From: Opitutia bacterium
GTDB lineage: Bacteria > Verrucomicrobiota > Verrucomicrobiia > Opitutales > T3Sed10-336
Direction: 5' to 3'
Assembly: GCA_050506795.1 (NCBI GenBank)
Contig: JBJHCF010000042.1
Span: 1 to 49,071, forward strand
Length of the DNA: 49,071 nt
Under the pieces are notes generated by a model. The model had not been told where the DNA came from. It did no database searches and worked only from the letters and a program-made list of their open reading frames with translations. The translations under genes were made by a program, and so were the position numbers. Below, one piece after another: positions 18,851 through 28,683 of this stretch (positions within the stretch are counted from its first letter, which is position 1; the number at the start of each line of letters is the position of its first letter).

Positions 18851-21800
18851 TTATCCGGGCTCTGAATCGCCGTTTGAGTCGGGAATAAGCGCCTCTCGTA
18901 AGGTGTCGAGAAGCTTGGCCGCGGTGTAGGGTTTGTGCAGGAAAAAAACGGAGCCTTTCGCGGCGATTCGTGCCTCGTTTTCCCGAGAGCTGAGACCGCT
19001 GGCCGCGATAATCGGAATTTTCGGGTCTTCCCTGCGAATCGCCTCAATCGTTGCTGCGCCATCCATGATCGGCATCATCATGTCGGTGAGAACCAGGTCG
19101 ATGGAGTTGCGATTCTCTCGATACTTTTTGATGCCTTCAGCGCCGTTGGAGGCGACCACGATACGGTAACCAAAGGCTTCCAGGGTTTGTCGCGTAATGC
19201 ATCTTACCGAGGCCTCGTCGTCGATTAACAGGACGAATTCCCCCGAGCCCCGTGGAAGCAGGGTGTTCCGCCGGCTTTCGACCAGCAATTCCTGTTCTCC
19301 GGCCGCGGGCAGGTACAATTTGAACAGGCTGCCTTTTTTCACCTCGCTGTCGAGGGTCGCAAAGCCGCCATGTCCCTTAAGAATACTCAATACCGTGGCA
19401 AGCCCGAGGCCGGTGCCTTTTCCAGGTTCCTTGGTGGTGAAAAAGGGGTCGAAGATCTTGGGCATCAGATCGTCGGGGATTCCGATTCCACTATCCTCAA
19501 CCTCTATCAACACGTGAGGCCCCGTCGAACCCTGACGGTTGATGTGAACGAAATGTTCATCCAGGACCACATTGGAGACAGCGAGCCGCAGTGTCCCTCC
19601 GTCGGGCATGGCGTCGCGCGCGTTGATACACAGGTTGAGCAAAACTTGGTTGATCTGAGTTGGGTCGCCCAGCATGGGCCAGACCCCGGATGGGGGTTCC
19701 GCCTGCAACTGAATGTTCTTGGGAAAGGTTTCCGCGATGATCCGAACCACGTCGTTGAGTACGTTCTCCGGATCGATGGGGATTCTGTCGCCCGGGGTAC
19801 CGCGGGCGAAGGAAAGCACCTGCCGCACGATATCGGCGCCGCGCTGCGCGCTGCTCTCGATGGTATCGATGATCTCCAGGTCGGGTCGGCTCAAGCTCCC
19901 ATGGCGCAGAAGTTCGGTGGCCATGAGGATAGGCGACAGAATGTTGTTAATGTCGTGGGCGATGCCTCCCGCCAGGGTGCCGATTCCCTCCATGCGCTGC
20001 GCGCGGAGGAATTGTTGTTCGAGTTTTTTCCGTTCGGTGATGTCCGTGTTGATATCGAGGATCGAAATGGGCCGACCGTCGTTGTCTCTAACCAGACTCC
20101 AGCGCGATTCCACCAGGATGGGTTCGCCGTCTTTCCGCACCTGGCGAAACTCGCCCCACCATTCTCCATCCTGTAGAACCGCCCGGATTGCTTCTTCAAA
20201 GCCTTCCGGAACCTGGTAGATCAATTGACGCACATCTGTCCCCATGGCCTCTTCCGCCGTCCACCCGTAAATTCGCTCCGCGCTCTTATTCCAGAAGGTG
20301 ATGATGCCGTCGAGGTTCCGTACAAGGATGGCATCCTGAGCCTTGTCCAGAAGGGCGGCCTGCTCGGCCAGACGGTTTTCCGCTTCCTTGCGCGTGGTGA
20401 TATCGTGGAAATAAACCGCCAGTCCTTCCTCGGAAGGGTAGGCGCGCACTTCAAACCAGGTATTCAGGGGAGGGTAGAACTCGTCGAATCCGACGGTGTT
20501 ATCGCTTTCCAACGCGCGTCGGTATTCAGTTTCGAAGGTTGTTCCTCGCGCTTCCGGAAACGCTTCCCAGACAACACGACCGAGCAGGCCTTTCCGGCGC
20601 CTTTGCAAAAGACGTTCCGCCTCCTGGTTGACGTAGGTGAAACGCCAGTCGTGATCCAGGGTGAACAAGGCGTCGGTAATGCTTTCCAGCGTGGTGGACA
20701 AACGCCCGGCGAGGCGGCGGGTTTCCTCGGCACTTTCCTTTTTCTCCGTGATATCCTGGAACGCGCCGCGCACTCGGGTGACGATGCCCTGTTCATCGGG
20801 AACGGCCCGGCCGATGGTGCGAACCCAGACCCGGCGACCGCGGGCAGTGATGATCTGCAGCTCTTCATCATACGGGGTGCCCTGATTGATGCAGGCGGTG
20901 AAAACCTCCCGAAGGCGATCGCGGCACTCGGGGGCATAGTAGGCGATTCCGTCTTCGATAGTCGGTTGGGTTCCGGGGGCATGTCATGGATAGCGCAAAC
21001 CTCGTCCGACCAGTAAACCCGGTTTTCGGTGAGATCGACTTCCCAACCGCCGAGCAGGGCGGCCTGGCCGGCGATCTTCAGAAGGGCTTCGCTGTGGCGA
21101 AGCTTTTCTTCGGTCTGTTTGCGTTGAGTGATATCCTCGGTGACCGCGATAATATTGGGCGGACGACCGTCGGTGGTACGCATCAGGGAAACGCTGGCGC
21201 GTACCCAAACGATGGAGCCCTTCTTATGGAGGCATCGTTTTTCGATCGTAAAGTGGTCGACTTCCCCGGCGAGCAGCTTGGTGATCCAGTGAAGGTTGTT
21301 GGACCGGTCCTCCGGGTGGGTCACCGCGGGGAAATCCATTTTGCAGAGTTCGGTTTCCGAATAACCGAGCATTGTGCAGTAACTCGGGTTCGCCATAATG
21401 TAGCGCCCGTCGGCCCACGTGATTGCGATGCCGGCTCCCGCCGCCGCGAAGGTGGCGCGGATACGATCCTGGTACTCGCGCAGCGCTTGTGCGGTGCGAC
21501 TGCGTTCGACCGCCAGAGTGACGAGTTTAACGGCGGCCGTGACCCACTTCAACTCGCCTTCCTGAGGGTGTCGCGGGGTAAGGTGGTACACCGCGACGGT
21601 GCCCAGGATTTCGCGGTCGGAAGAGAAAACGGGAACCGACCAGCAGGAGTGCAGGCCGAGGTCGAGCGCGATTTCCCGAATGTTTTCCCACTCCGGATCG
21701 GTGGTGATGTCTTCGGTGATGACGGTTTTTCCCTGGAGGGCGGCCAGAGATGAGGCGCCCATCCCCTCCTGCAGGGGGATGGGTTTTTCTTTGATGCGGC

Positions 21801-22401
21801 GCGAAAACTCTCCGGGCAGGTTGGGCGCCGCGCCCAGGACGAGGTGTGTGCCGTTCGGGTCAACGAGTAGAATCGAACATAAGGGGCGGTTGGTTGATAG
21901 CGGGAGACTCTCGATACGGCGCGCGATGTGCCCGAGGATCTCGGGCAACGGGCGGTTTTCCAGGATAAGTTCGAGCACCTCTCCCTGCCCGGTGGAGAAT
22001 GCTTCCACCAGGCGTCGTTGCCGGCGATCACCGGCGTCCCGCAATTCGTGCTCCACGGCGGGTCCCAGTCGGGTCAGGTTTTGCTTGAGGATGTAGTCGT
22101 TGGCTCCTTGCTTTAAAGTCTCAACGGCGACCTCCTCTCCGATGGTGCCGGAGACGATGATCACGGGAATATCCAGTCCGGTGTCCCGGATGATTTCCAA
22201 CGCCTCCAGGGCGTCGAAGCCTTCCATGCTGAAATCGCAGAGAATGATGTCCCAGTCCGACGATTCCAAAGCCCGACGGAGTTGGTCGGCATTAGTGATG
22301 CGCGTCGCCTCAAAAATCAGTCCGTGACGCTGCAGCGCTTGCTGCATCAGCAGAAAATCGTCATCGGAATCTTCCGCGATCAGTAAACGCAGTGACCTCA
22401 T
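18851..22401 (-). pseudogene. Hybrid sensor histidine kinase (REC-GAF-4xPAS-HisKA-HATPase-REC) split by a 1-nt frameshift near 20975-20979 (true lesion or assembly error)
   Basis: ORF 20464-22401 encodes REC-GAF-PAS and breaks mid-PAS at HDMPP. The PAS continues in the frame of ORF 18851-20773 as GTQPTIEDGIAYYAPECRDRL...VWVRTIG...VRGAFQDITEKK, then GIAHDINN, QVLLNLCINARDAM, GTGLGL and a C-terminal REC. Confidence 0.88.
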
Positions 22402-22841
22402 CGTTGATCCGGAGGGGTTTCGTTCAGCAAGAGCCAGTAAAGTCCCAATTGGCGCGTGGCCTCGATGAACTCGGTAAAATCAACCGGCTTGCGGACGTAG
22501 CTGTTGCAGCCGCGTGAATAGGAGGAAAGGATATCCCGATCGTCTTTGGATGAAGTCAGCACCACCACCGGAAGGTAGCGGGTGCTCTCGGACTGGCGAA
22601 TGCGCTCCAGCACTTCCAGCCCGTCCATCTTCGGGAGTTTCAGGTCCAACAGAATCAGTGTGGGAAGTCTCCGGGTGCGAGGCGCGGTCTCCGATTCCTT
22701 CCCGAAAAGGTGTTCGACGGCCTCGACTCCGTCCCGCGCCACCACGACTTCATTCATGATATTGTTTTTTTTCAGGGCGAGCAAGGTCAGTTCCTCGTCG
22801 TCCGGATTATCCTCCACCAGTAAAATGTACTTATCATTCAT
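22398..22841 (-). CDS. Single-domain response regulator, Rcp1-like
   Basis: ILLVEDNPDD, LILLDLKLPKMDG, VVVLTSS, NSYVRKP and LGLYWL motifs; ATGA overlap with the downstream kinase. Confidence 0.93.
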   Translation of the reverse strand: MNDKYILLVEDNPDDEELTLLALKKNNIMNEVVVARDGVEAVEHLFGKESETAPRTRRLPTLILLDLKLPKMDGLEVLERIRQSESTRYLPVVVLTSSKDDRDILSSYSRGCNSYVRKPVDFTEFIEATRQLGLYWLLLNETPPDQR

Positions 22842-22859
22842 GGAAATGCGCCCTTATTG

Positions 22860-24899
22860 TCAGCCGAGTGTGAACGTGAATGTGGCGCCTTTCCCGGGGT
22901 CGGCTTCGGCCCAAACATCGCCGCCGTGAAGTTGGACAATCCGTTTAACAGTGGCAAGTCCGATGCCCGTTCCGGGGAACTCGGACATGGCGTGCAGTCT
23001 CTGAAACGGAGAAAAAAGTTTGTGGGCGTAACGCATGTCGAATCCCACCCCGTTGTCGCGGACGCGAAAGAGCGCGGCACCGTCGCCGTTGCTCAGCCGG
23101 TCAAAGAGAATACGGGGCGCTTCCGATTTCGAGGTGAACTTCCAGGCGTTGCTCAGGAGATTCTCCAGCATGATCCGCGAGAGCCGGGCGTCGCCGAAGG
23201 CTCGGATATTCGGTTCGATTTCCACCGCGACCTCCCTCTGCGGATCGTGTTGCCTCAAGTCCCGCACGATTTCGACCGCCAGATCGCTGAGGTTGACCTC
23301 ACTCCGCTTAAGCTCGTGACGGGAAATACGCGACAGTTGCAGCAGATCGTCGATTAACTGTCCCATCCGTTCGGCGGCGGCCCGCACCCGGTGCAGGTAT
23401 CCCGGCGCCGCTTCGTCGAGCTGAATCGCGGGGACCTCCTGCAACGCCTGCGCGAAGCCGTCGATGCCGCGAAGCGGGGCGCGAAGGTCGTGCGACACGG
23501 AGTAACAGAAGGATTCGAGTTCCTGGTTTACCGCCTGCAGCCGGGCGGTCCGTTCCGCGACTCGTGTTTCCAGTTCCCGGTTCATATTGGCCAGTTCCTT
23601 CTCGCCTTCGATCCGGTCGGTGACGTCGTCGACGAGTGAGAATATGGAGGACATTTTCCCGTTTTCGTCGAAACGTACCGAATTGTACCACTCGCAATGG
23701 ATCGTCCTTCCGTCGCGGGTGAAATTACGGTTCAGGCAAAGTTTGTCCGTCGTCGTCCCGCTGAGGAGCTTCGCCATGTAGTCGCCTACCCGTCCGGCGT
23801 CGTCGGGGTGAACGAAAGCCCAGTCGTCGGGATGGAGTCCGAGGGTTTCTTCCGAGGACCATCCGAAGAGCTGTTCCGCGCGAGGAGACCAGTAGCTCAC
23901 ACGAAAATCGCTGTCCCATTCCACGACCGCGAGCGGGGAATTGTTGATGTGAAAACTCAGCAATTCATGCGCTTTATGCAATTCGCGTTCGTGTTTGCGC
24001 AAGGCATCTTCCGATTCCCGCAGGCTCGCTTCCATCCGGTGGCGTTCGGTTACGTCGTAGGCGAGTACCAATTCGGCCTTTCGCCGGTTGAACATCAGGG
24101 GATGCGAGGTGATCTCGGCAAAGATGATTCGTCCGTCTCTCAACTGATGGCGCCAGATTCCGGCATAGTCGATTTCGTCCGATGGACGGGAGGAGACGTT
24201 TGACACGTTTTCAAGCAAAGCCGGCACGTCGTCCTTTGGCCGGATGTCCTTGAGCGTCATCCGGAGGAACTCCTCCCGGGTGTACCCGTACGCTTGCACC
24301 GTGGCTTTGTTGACGGCGAGAAAACGCAGGTTCTCCAGGTCGTAAATCATCAGGGGTTGTGGATTGCTTTCGAAAAGGAGCCGGTAATGCTCTTCCGATT
24401 CACGCAACCGTTCCGCTTGCCGATCTGAAACTGAAGGATCGTGATCGGAGTCCGGGATCGGCAACGGGTTCTCCGACGGCCCGCCGGTGTCCGGCCGGGA
24501 GACTCTGCCGTTGTTGCCGGTGCGAGGAGACTTTTCCGCGCTTCGGTTCCATACCTGCAGGCGAGCCAGAAATTCTTCTCGCGTCGAGGGCACCAACAGG
24601 CAATCGTCCGCCCCGGCTTCGAGCATGCGGGTCACGGATTCGCTGTCCGGCGGGGCGGGCATAAGAGCCACGACCTTGAGGCCGGGTGCGGTCAACCGAG
24701 TTTTTCGACAACAGGCAACGGCATCTCGGTCGACCGAATCGCAACAGAGAAAAACCATGGCGGGTGGCTCCGGTGCGGCAGCCAGAGACTCGGGGTTCTG
24801 AATGATCGTCGGCGCGGGGAATTCCGCACTCCCGGGCCAGGTTTTCAGAGCGGAGCCAGCCGCTCGCGAATTCAGTGAAATAATGGTGAAGAGCGGCAT
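22860..24899 (-). CDS. Sensor histidine kinase: degenerate receiver-like N-terminus, 2 PAS domains, phytochrome-type HisKA/HATPase (start ATG 24899 or TTG 24920)
   Basis: ELESFCYSVSHDLRAPLR, NLLSNAWKFT, DNGVGFDM, LFSPFQRLH and GTGIGLA motifs; two PAS/PAC repeats. Confidence 0.9.
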   Translation of the reverse strand: MPLFTIISLNSRAAGSALKTWPGSAEFPAPTIIQNPESLAAAPEPPAMVFLCCDSVDRDAVACCRKTRLTAPGLKVVALMPAPPDSESVTRMLEAGADDCLLVPSTREEFLARLQVWNRSAEKSPRTGNNGRVSRPDTGGPSENPLPIPDSDHDPSVSDRQAERLRESEEHYRLLFESNPQPLMIYDLENLRFLAVNKATVQAYGYTREEFLRMTLKDIRPKDDVPALLENVSNVSSRPSDEIDYAGIWRHQLRDGRIIFAEITSHPLMFNRRKAELVLAYDVTERHRMEASLRESEDALRKHERELHKAHELLSFHINNSPLAVVEWDSDFRVSYWSPRAEQLFGWSSEETLGLHPDDWAFVHPDDAGRVGDYMAKLLSGTTTDKLCLNRNFTRDGRTIHCEWYNSVRFDENGKMSSIFSLVDDVTDRIEGEKELANMNRELETRVAERTARLQAVNQELESFCYSVSHDLRAPLRGIDGFAQALQEVPAIQLDEAAPGYLHRVRAAAERMGQLIDDLLQLSRISRHELKRSEVNLSDLAVEIVRDLRQHDPQREVAVEIEPNIRAFGDARLSRIMLENLLSNAWKFTSKSEAPRILFDRLSNGDGAALFRVRDNGVGFDMRYAHKLFSPFQRLHAMSEFPGTGIGLATVKRIVQLHGGDVWAEADPGKGATFTFTLG

Positions 24900-24967
24900 G
24901 GACAACTGGAAAGAGTACAACGGCGAGTTTATTCCCGAATGACTTATGCCGCAAGTGAAAAGGGGAT

Positions 24968-26194
24968 TCAGAGTCCGGTAAATATACGGTTCTCATGCAG
25001 GCAACAGGCCAATTCCCGCAGGATCGGAGTGAAATCCCGGGGATCGTCGAGTTGCCTATGCGCTTCCGTCAGGCGGGCGCTCAGATTTCCGGCGCGCAGG
25101 ATGTGCTCCAGGTTCTTTTGCGCCGGCATCGGAAGGTCGGAACTATGGCGATGGAAAAGGTGCCGCCAGAAATCTCCCGCGGATTGGACGGCGGGCGGGA
25201 TTGCCAAGGCTTCCCGAAGGTCGGTCAGCTGCAGCGGCGCATCCAGGCCCGCTTTCACCACTTCGTTCAATTGGGCGGTCCGGGCCGAAGCAGGTGAGGA
25301 AATGGCCCATTGCCGCAGGGATTCCTCGGGATGTTCGACCAACTCGCGCAGGACGCGGATGAAGAGTTGGGCGATGGCCAGATCGGCGGCGGGGCATTCC
25401 TGGACGTCCAGAAGCCGAATTTCGATGGCGTTGCGGTCGAACCGGGCGATCGCGCCGCGGGAGTTCAACCATTCGTGGGCAAGGATTCCTCGCGGGTCGT
25501 GGGGAGCGATCTGCCGGTAGATCGGTTGCAGAATCCTTTCCTCGTATTCCCGGCGCGAAAAAACGGCCTCGGGAATCACCGGCCCGACGATGGCCGGGCA
25601 CTTGTCCTGGTTGTGACGGTAGATGTCGATTCGCGTGTCCGCCAGGCCGGTGAGCGCGCCGTCGCGGAACGGGCTCGCGGCCGTGAGGGCGGGCATCAGC
25701 GGCAGCAGCAACAGCACCGCCGAATGCAGGCGGGCGAACTCGTCGTCGTCGGCGAAGGGAAGATTCAGGTGACAGCTTTGCAAATTGAACCAGCCGTGAC
25801 CATGACAATCAAAGATCGAATCGTAGAGTGAATAGATTTCACGCCCTTCGTATGGCCAGGTGAACGATTCGCGCGCCGGATCCATAAAGGGGTGCATGGG
25901 TCCGGGCAACAAACGTGCTCCCCGTGCCGAGAGTTTCTCCTGGATAAGTTGGATCGCGGCGACAAAGCGCTCCTCCATCGTCTGGAAGTTTGCCAGCGGT
26001 TCCGGTGTTTTGACTTCGATGACATGGGCCGCCAGTTCATTGGAAACGGCGCAGTCGCCAATCGTACAGTCGTTGAGAGGTTCGCCGCAAAAATCGGAGA
26101 TCAGCTCCGCCGCCATCGGCGCGACTCCGAAATCGGTTGCCCGTACGATCATGTACTCGAGTTCAATTCCGAATTTCTCAAACAGGTGAATCAT
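24968..26194 (-). CDS. Glutamate-cysteine ligase family 2 (GCS2)-like carboxylate-amine ligase
   Basis: FGIELEYMIV, NELAAHVIEVKT, MHPFM, QSCHLNLPF, AASPF and NSRGAIARFDRNAIEIR motifs. Confidence 0.85.
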   Translation of the reverse strand: MIHLFEKFGIELEYMIVRATDFGVAPMAAELISDFCGEPLNDCTIGDCAVSNELAAHVIEVKTPEPLANFQTMEERFVAAIQLIQEKLSARGARLLPGPMHPFMDPARESFTWPYEGREIYSLYDSIFDCHGHGWFNLQSCHLNLPFADDDEFARLHSAVLLLLPLMPALTAASPFRDGALTGLADTRIDIYRHNQDKCPAIVGPVIPEAVFSRREYEERILQPIYRQIAPHDPRGILAHEWLNSRGAIARFDRNAIEIRLLDVQECPAADLAIAQLFIRVLRELVEHPEESLRQWAISSPASARTAQLNEVVKAGLDAPLQLTDLREALAIPPAVQSAGDFWRHLFHRHSSDLPMPAQKNLEHILRAGNLSARLTEAHRQLDDPRDFTPILRELACCLHENRIFTGL

Positions 26195-26247
26195 GGCGCG
26201 TTACCCGTGAATCGGCATTGGTAGTTTGTGCTCACGAATAAACGACA

Positions 26248-27723
26248 TTACACCGCGGGATGTTTGGCTTTTTCGATACGGGTGAGAAATTCTTTCATTA
26301 TTCGGAGGTAAAGTTCGTCGTGCAGGAAACAGTCTTCCACCCCGTGTTCTATGTTGGGGTTGTCGTTGACTTCGATCACGTAAACCTCGCGGCCGCGTTG
26401 TTTGAGGTCCACGCCATATAGCCCGCGTCCAATCAGGCTGGCGGCGGCGAGCGCCGCTTTGAGCACAGCCGGGGGGGCGTCGTCCACCGGCACGGCGTCG
26501 AAATCGCCCTCCTCAAAGCGACCGGAAGCCTCGTGATTGTAAATCTGCCAGTGCGCTTTGGTCATGAAGTAACGGCAAACAAAAAGAGGAATGCCGTTGA
26601 GCACGCCCACCCGCCAGTCAAATTCGGTGGGGAGGAACTCCTGCGCCAGCAGCAGATCGGACGACTTCAGGAGACGCTGGGCGGTTTTTTTAAGGCTCTC
26701 GGCGTCGTCCACTTTGAATACGCCAAGGGAGAAGGCGCTGTCGGGAATCTTTATTACCATGGGGAATCCGAGCGATTTCGCCGCGTGTTCCAGGTTTTTG
26801 GCGTAAAGAATTGTTGTCCTTGGTGTACGGATACGATTCTTTCGCAGCAGTTCGTGGAGATAAACCTTGTTGCAGCAGCGTCGAATTGAGTCGGGATCGT
26901 CGATCACCGCCATGCCTTCCCGCTGTGCCTTGGTGGCGAAGCGGTAGGTGTGATTGGTGAGAGAGGTCGTTTCGCGAATGAAGAGTGCGTCGAATTCCAG
27001 CAGTCGCGGGTAGTCGGTTCGGGTGATAAGCTCGACATTCATTCCAAGGCGTTTGCCGGCTCTGACAAACTTCTGCAATGCCTTGCGGTTCGATGGAGGC
27101 TGCTTGTCTTCGGGGTTCTGCAGAATCGCCAGGTCGTATCCGGTCAATTCTCTGCTGCGAACCGTCGTCCAGCGACGTTTGAGGAAGCTGTCGATGGCCT
27201 CCTTGACTTTGTCCAGGTGATTCGGCGGAACCTCGCTTAATCCGAGTGGGCGGAGTGAACGGATTTCCCAGCCCTTTTCCCGGCGCCAGGTGAAGGTCAC
27301 CCGGAAAAGGGGACAAGGGAAGTGAAAGAAAAGCCGTTGGGCCAGCCTGGCGTGGCGTTCGGCCAGGTTGAGTCCGAAGTACACGCTCAGGACAAAATCG
27401 TCTCCGGATATTCGGGCGAGACTTCGGCGAATAAGGGTGTTGAGGTCCTCCAATTCAACGCCGTAGATGCGCTTGGTGGAGAGGTTGTGCAGAGTGCGGG
27501 CGGTGGCCATCACGCGGTGACGCCGCGCTTCCGCCAGCAGGGAAATGAAATAGCCGGTACTCAGGGTATGGCCGTGACGGCAGAGATTGATGAGGCGGAA
27601 GCCGGACGCGGTGTAGGCGTCGTTGATGAAGTACTCTTCGGCGGAAACCACTTCGTAGCCGGTCCATTCGGGAGACCAGTCTTTGAGGTCGTCTACCACG
27701 ATCAGATTGCGCGACGGTTTCAA
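26248..27723 (-). CDS. RimK-family ATP-grasp ligase with N-terminal RLAN domain
   Basis: INLCR..STGYFISLLAEARRH (RLAN); DALFIRETT, NKVYL, VIKIPDSAFSLGV, QEFLPTEFDWRVGV, GLYGVDLK and VIEVNDNPN motifs. TTG start overlaps the upstream TGA. Confidence 0.9.
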   Translation of the reverse strand: MKPSRNLIVVDDLKDWSPEWTGYEVVSAEEYFINDAYTASGFRLINLCRHGHTLSTGYFISLLAEARRHRVMATARTLHNLSTKRIYGVELEDLNTLIRRSLARISGDDFVLSVYFGLNLAERHARLAQRLFFHFPCPLFRVTFTWRREKGWEIRSLRPLGLSEVPPNHLDKVKEAIDSFLKRRWTTVRSRELTGYDLAILQNPEDKQPPSNRKALQKFVRAGKRLGMNVELITRTDYPRLLEFDALFIRETTSLTNHTYRFATKAQREGMAVIDDPDSIRRCCNKVYLHELLRKNRIRTPRTTILYAKNLEHAAKSLGFPMVIKIPDSAFSLGVFKVDDAESLKKTAQRLLKSSDLLLAQEFLPTEFDWRVGVLNGIPLFVCRYFMTKAHWQIYNHEASGRFEEGDFDAVPVDDAPPAVLKAALAAASLIGRGLYGVDLKQRGREVYVIEVNDNPNIEHGVEDCFLHDELYLRIMKEFLTRIEKAKHPAV

Positions 27724-28418
27724 GCTTCGGCGGGTTTTATGGTGAGCAGGTTGGCGTCGTAGGTGACGATGCCGAGCATGACCGCGTTGATGAAGCGGTG
27801 AACATCCACGCGGTAATACCCGCGAGGGTTGAAGGGATTCCCTTTATAGGGATCGGAGACCACCACCTCGTCGGACTCGTCTTCGTAGCCGTTGACCACC
27901 AGGAAGTGGCCCACGGGAAATCCTTCGAGGTCGTCGCTCCTTCCGTCCGGAAGTTCACGGACGGTCTGGTAAAGGTAGGTCGCGCTGAGCCCCGTGAGGA
28001 TGGGGGTGCCTTTGCTCAGGAGGTGGCGCACCAGGCGTGGGGTGAGGTCGTGGAAACGGAGGCGGCCGCCGAGTTCGAGGAATTGGATATATGCCTGGTG
28101 GGTCTCCACCAGTTTGAGGTCGTCCAGCATGGGGATGCGTTGCTGCAACTTTGCGATCATCTCTTCCGGTTCCAGGTTCCACCATGTCGGATCGAATATC
28201 TTCAAGTTATATGAATAGGTGGTGGCCCTGAAGCCCTGGCGCAACGCGTGCAGGGCCAGGTGCACCGAGACGGTTCCGCCTTCCTCGTCGCGCTCAATCT
28301 CGCCGATCAATTTATCCAGAGGGTAATCCCGCCGGTGAAAGCGGTAAATCGCGTGCAGACAAGTCGGCCCGCAGGTGGATTCGGTTGGCTGGGCGGGCAT
28401 CTCCAGTGGAATGTGCAT
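27720..28418 (-). CDS. Papain-fold C39-like cysteine peptidase (start placed at ATG 28418)
   Basis: QPTESTCGPTCL (oxyanion Gln and catalytic Cys), GHFLVVNGY (His) and VVSDPY (Asp). No signal peptide. Confidence 0.82.
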   Translation of the reverse strand: MHIPLEMPAQPTESTCGPTCLHAIYRFHRRDYPLDKLIGEIERDEEGGTVSVHLALHALRQGFRATTYSYNLKIFDPTWWNLEPEEMIAKLQQRIPMLDDLKLVETHQAYIQFLELGGRLRFHDLTPRLVRHLLSKGTPILTGLSATYLYQTVRELPDGRSDDLEGFPVGHFLVVNGYEDESDEVVVSDPYKGNPFNPRGYYRVDVHRFINAVMLGIVTYDANLLTIKPAEA

Positions 28419-28683
28419 GGGCGGATTACTGCGATGATTCTCCAGGAGTCTTTCGGGCTTCGCCGACAGAATCCTAGAAGAGGAAATATCATGATAAAAA
28501 GCGAGGGGATCTTTGAAGAAAAGCCAGGAGTTCGGGAAAAATGTTCGAGGTTCGAGCCTCCCGGGAGTCTTCACGGCATTGAACCGAATGGGGATTCCAT
28601 GGTTCCAGCGACTAATTTCTGGTTTTCGGCGTTGGTTAGGGTTGTGTTCACGGGCGCTTGTTTTGAAATATAGGCGCTAAGTA

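Noticed and set aside
28545..28565. GAGGTTCGAGCCTC resembling a tRNA T-arm
   Set aside because: Loop and stem geometry are wrong, and no acceptor, D or anticodon arms could be built.
28419..28683. Search for a graspetide/RiPP precursor peptide next to the ATP-grasp gene
   Set aside because: No short ORF with a leader plus repeated Thr/Ser/Lys-Asp/Glu core was seen, and the ligase is RLAN-RimK type rather than microviridin type.
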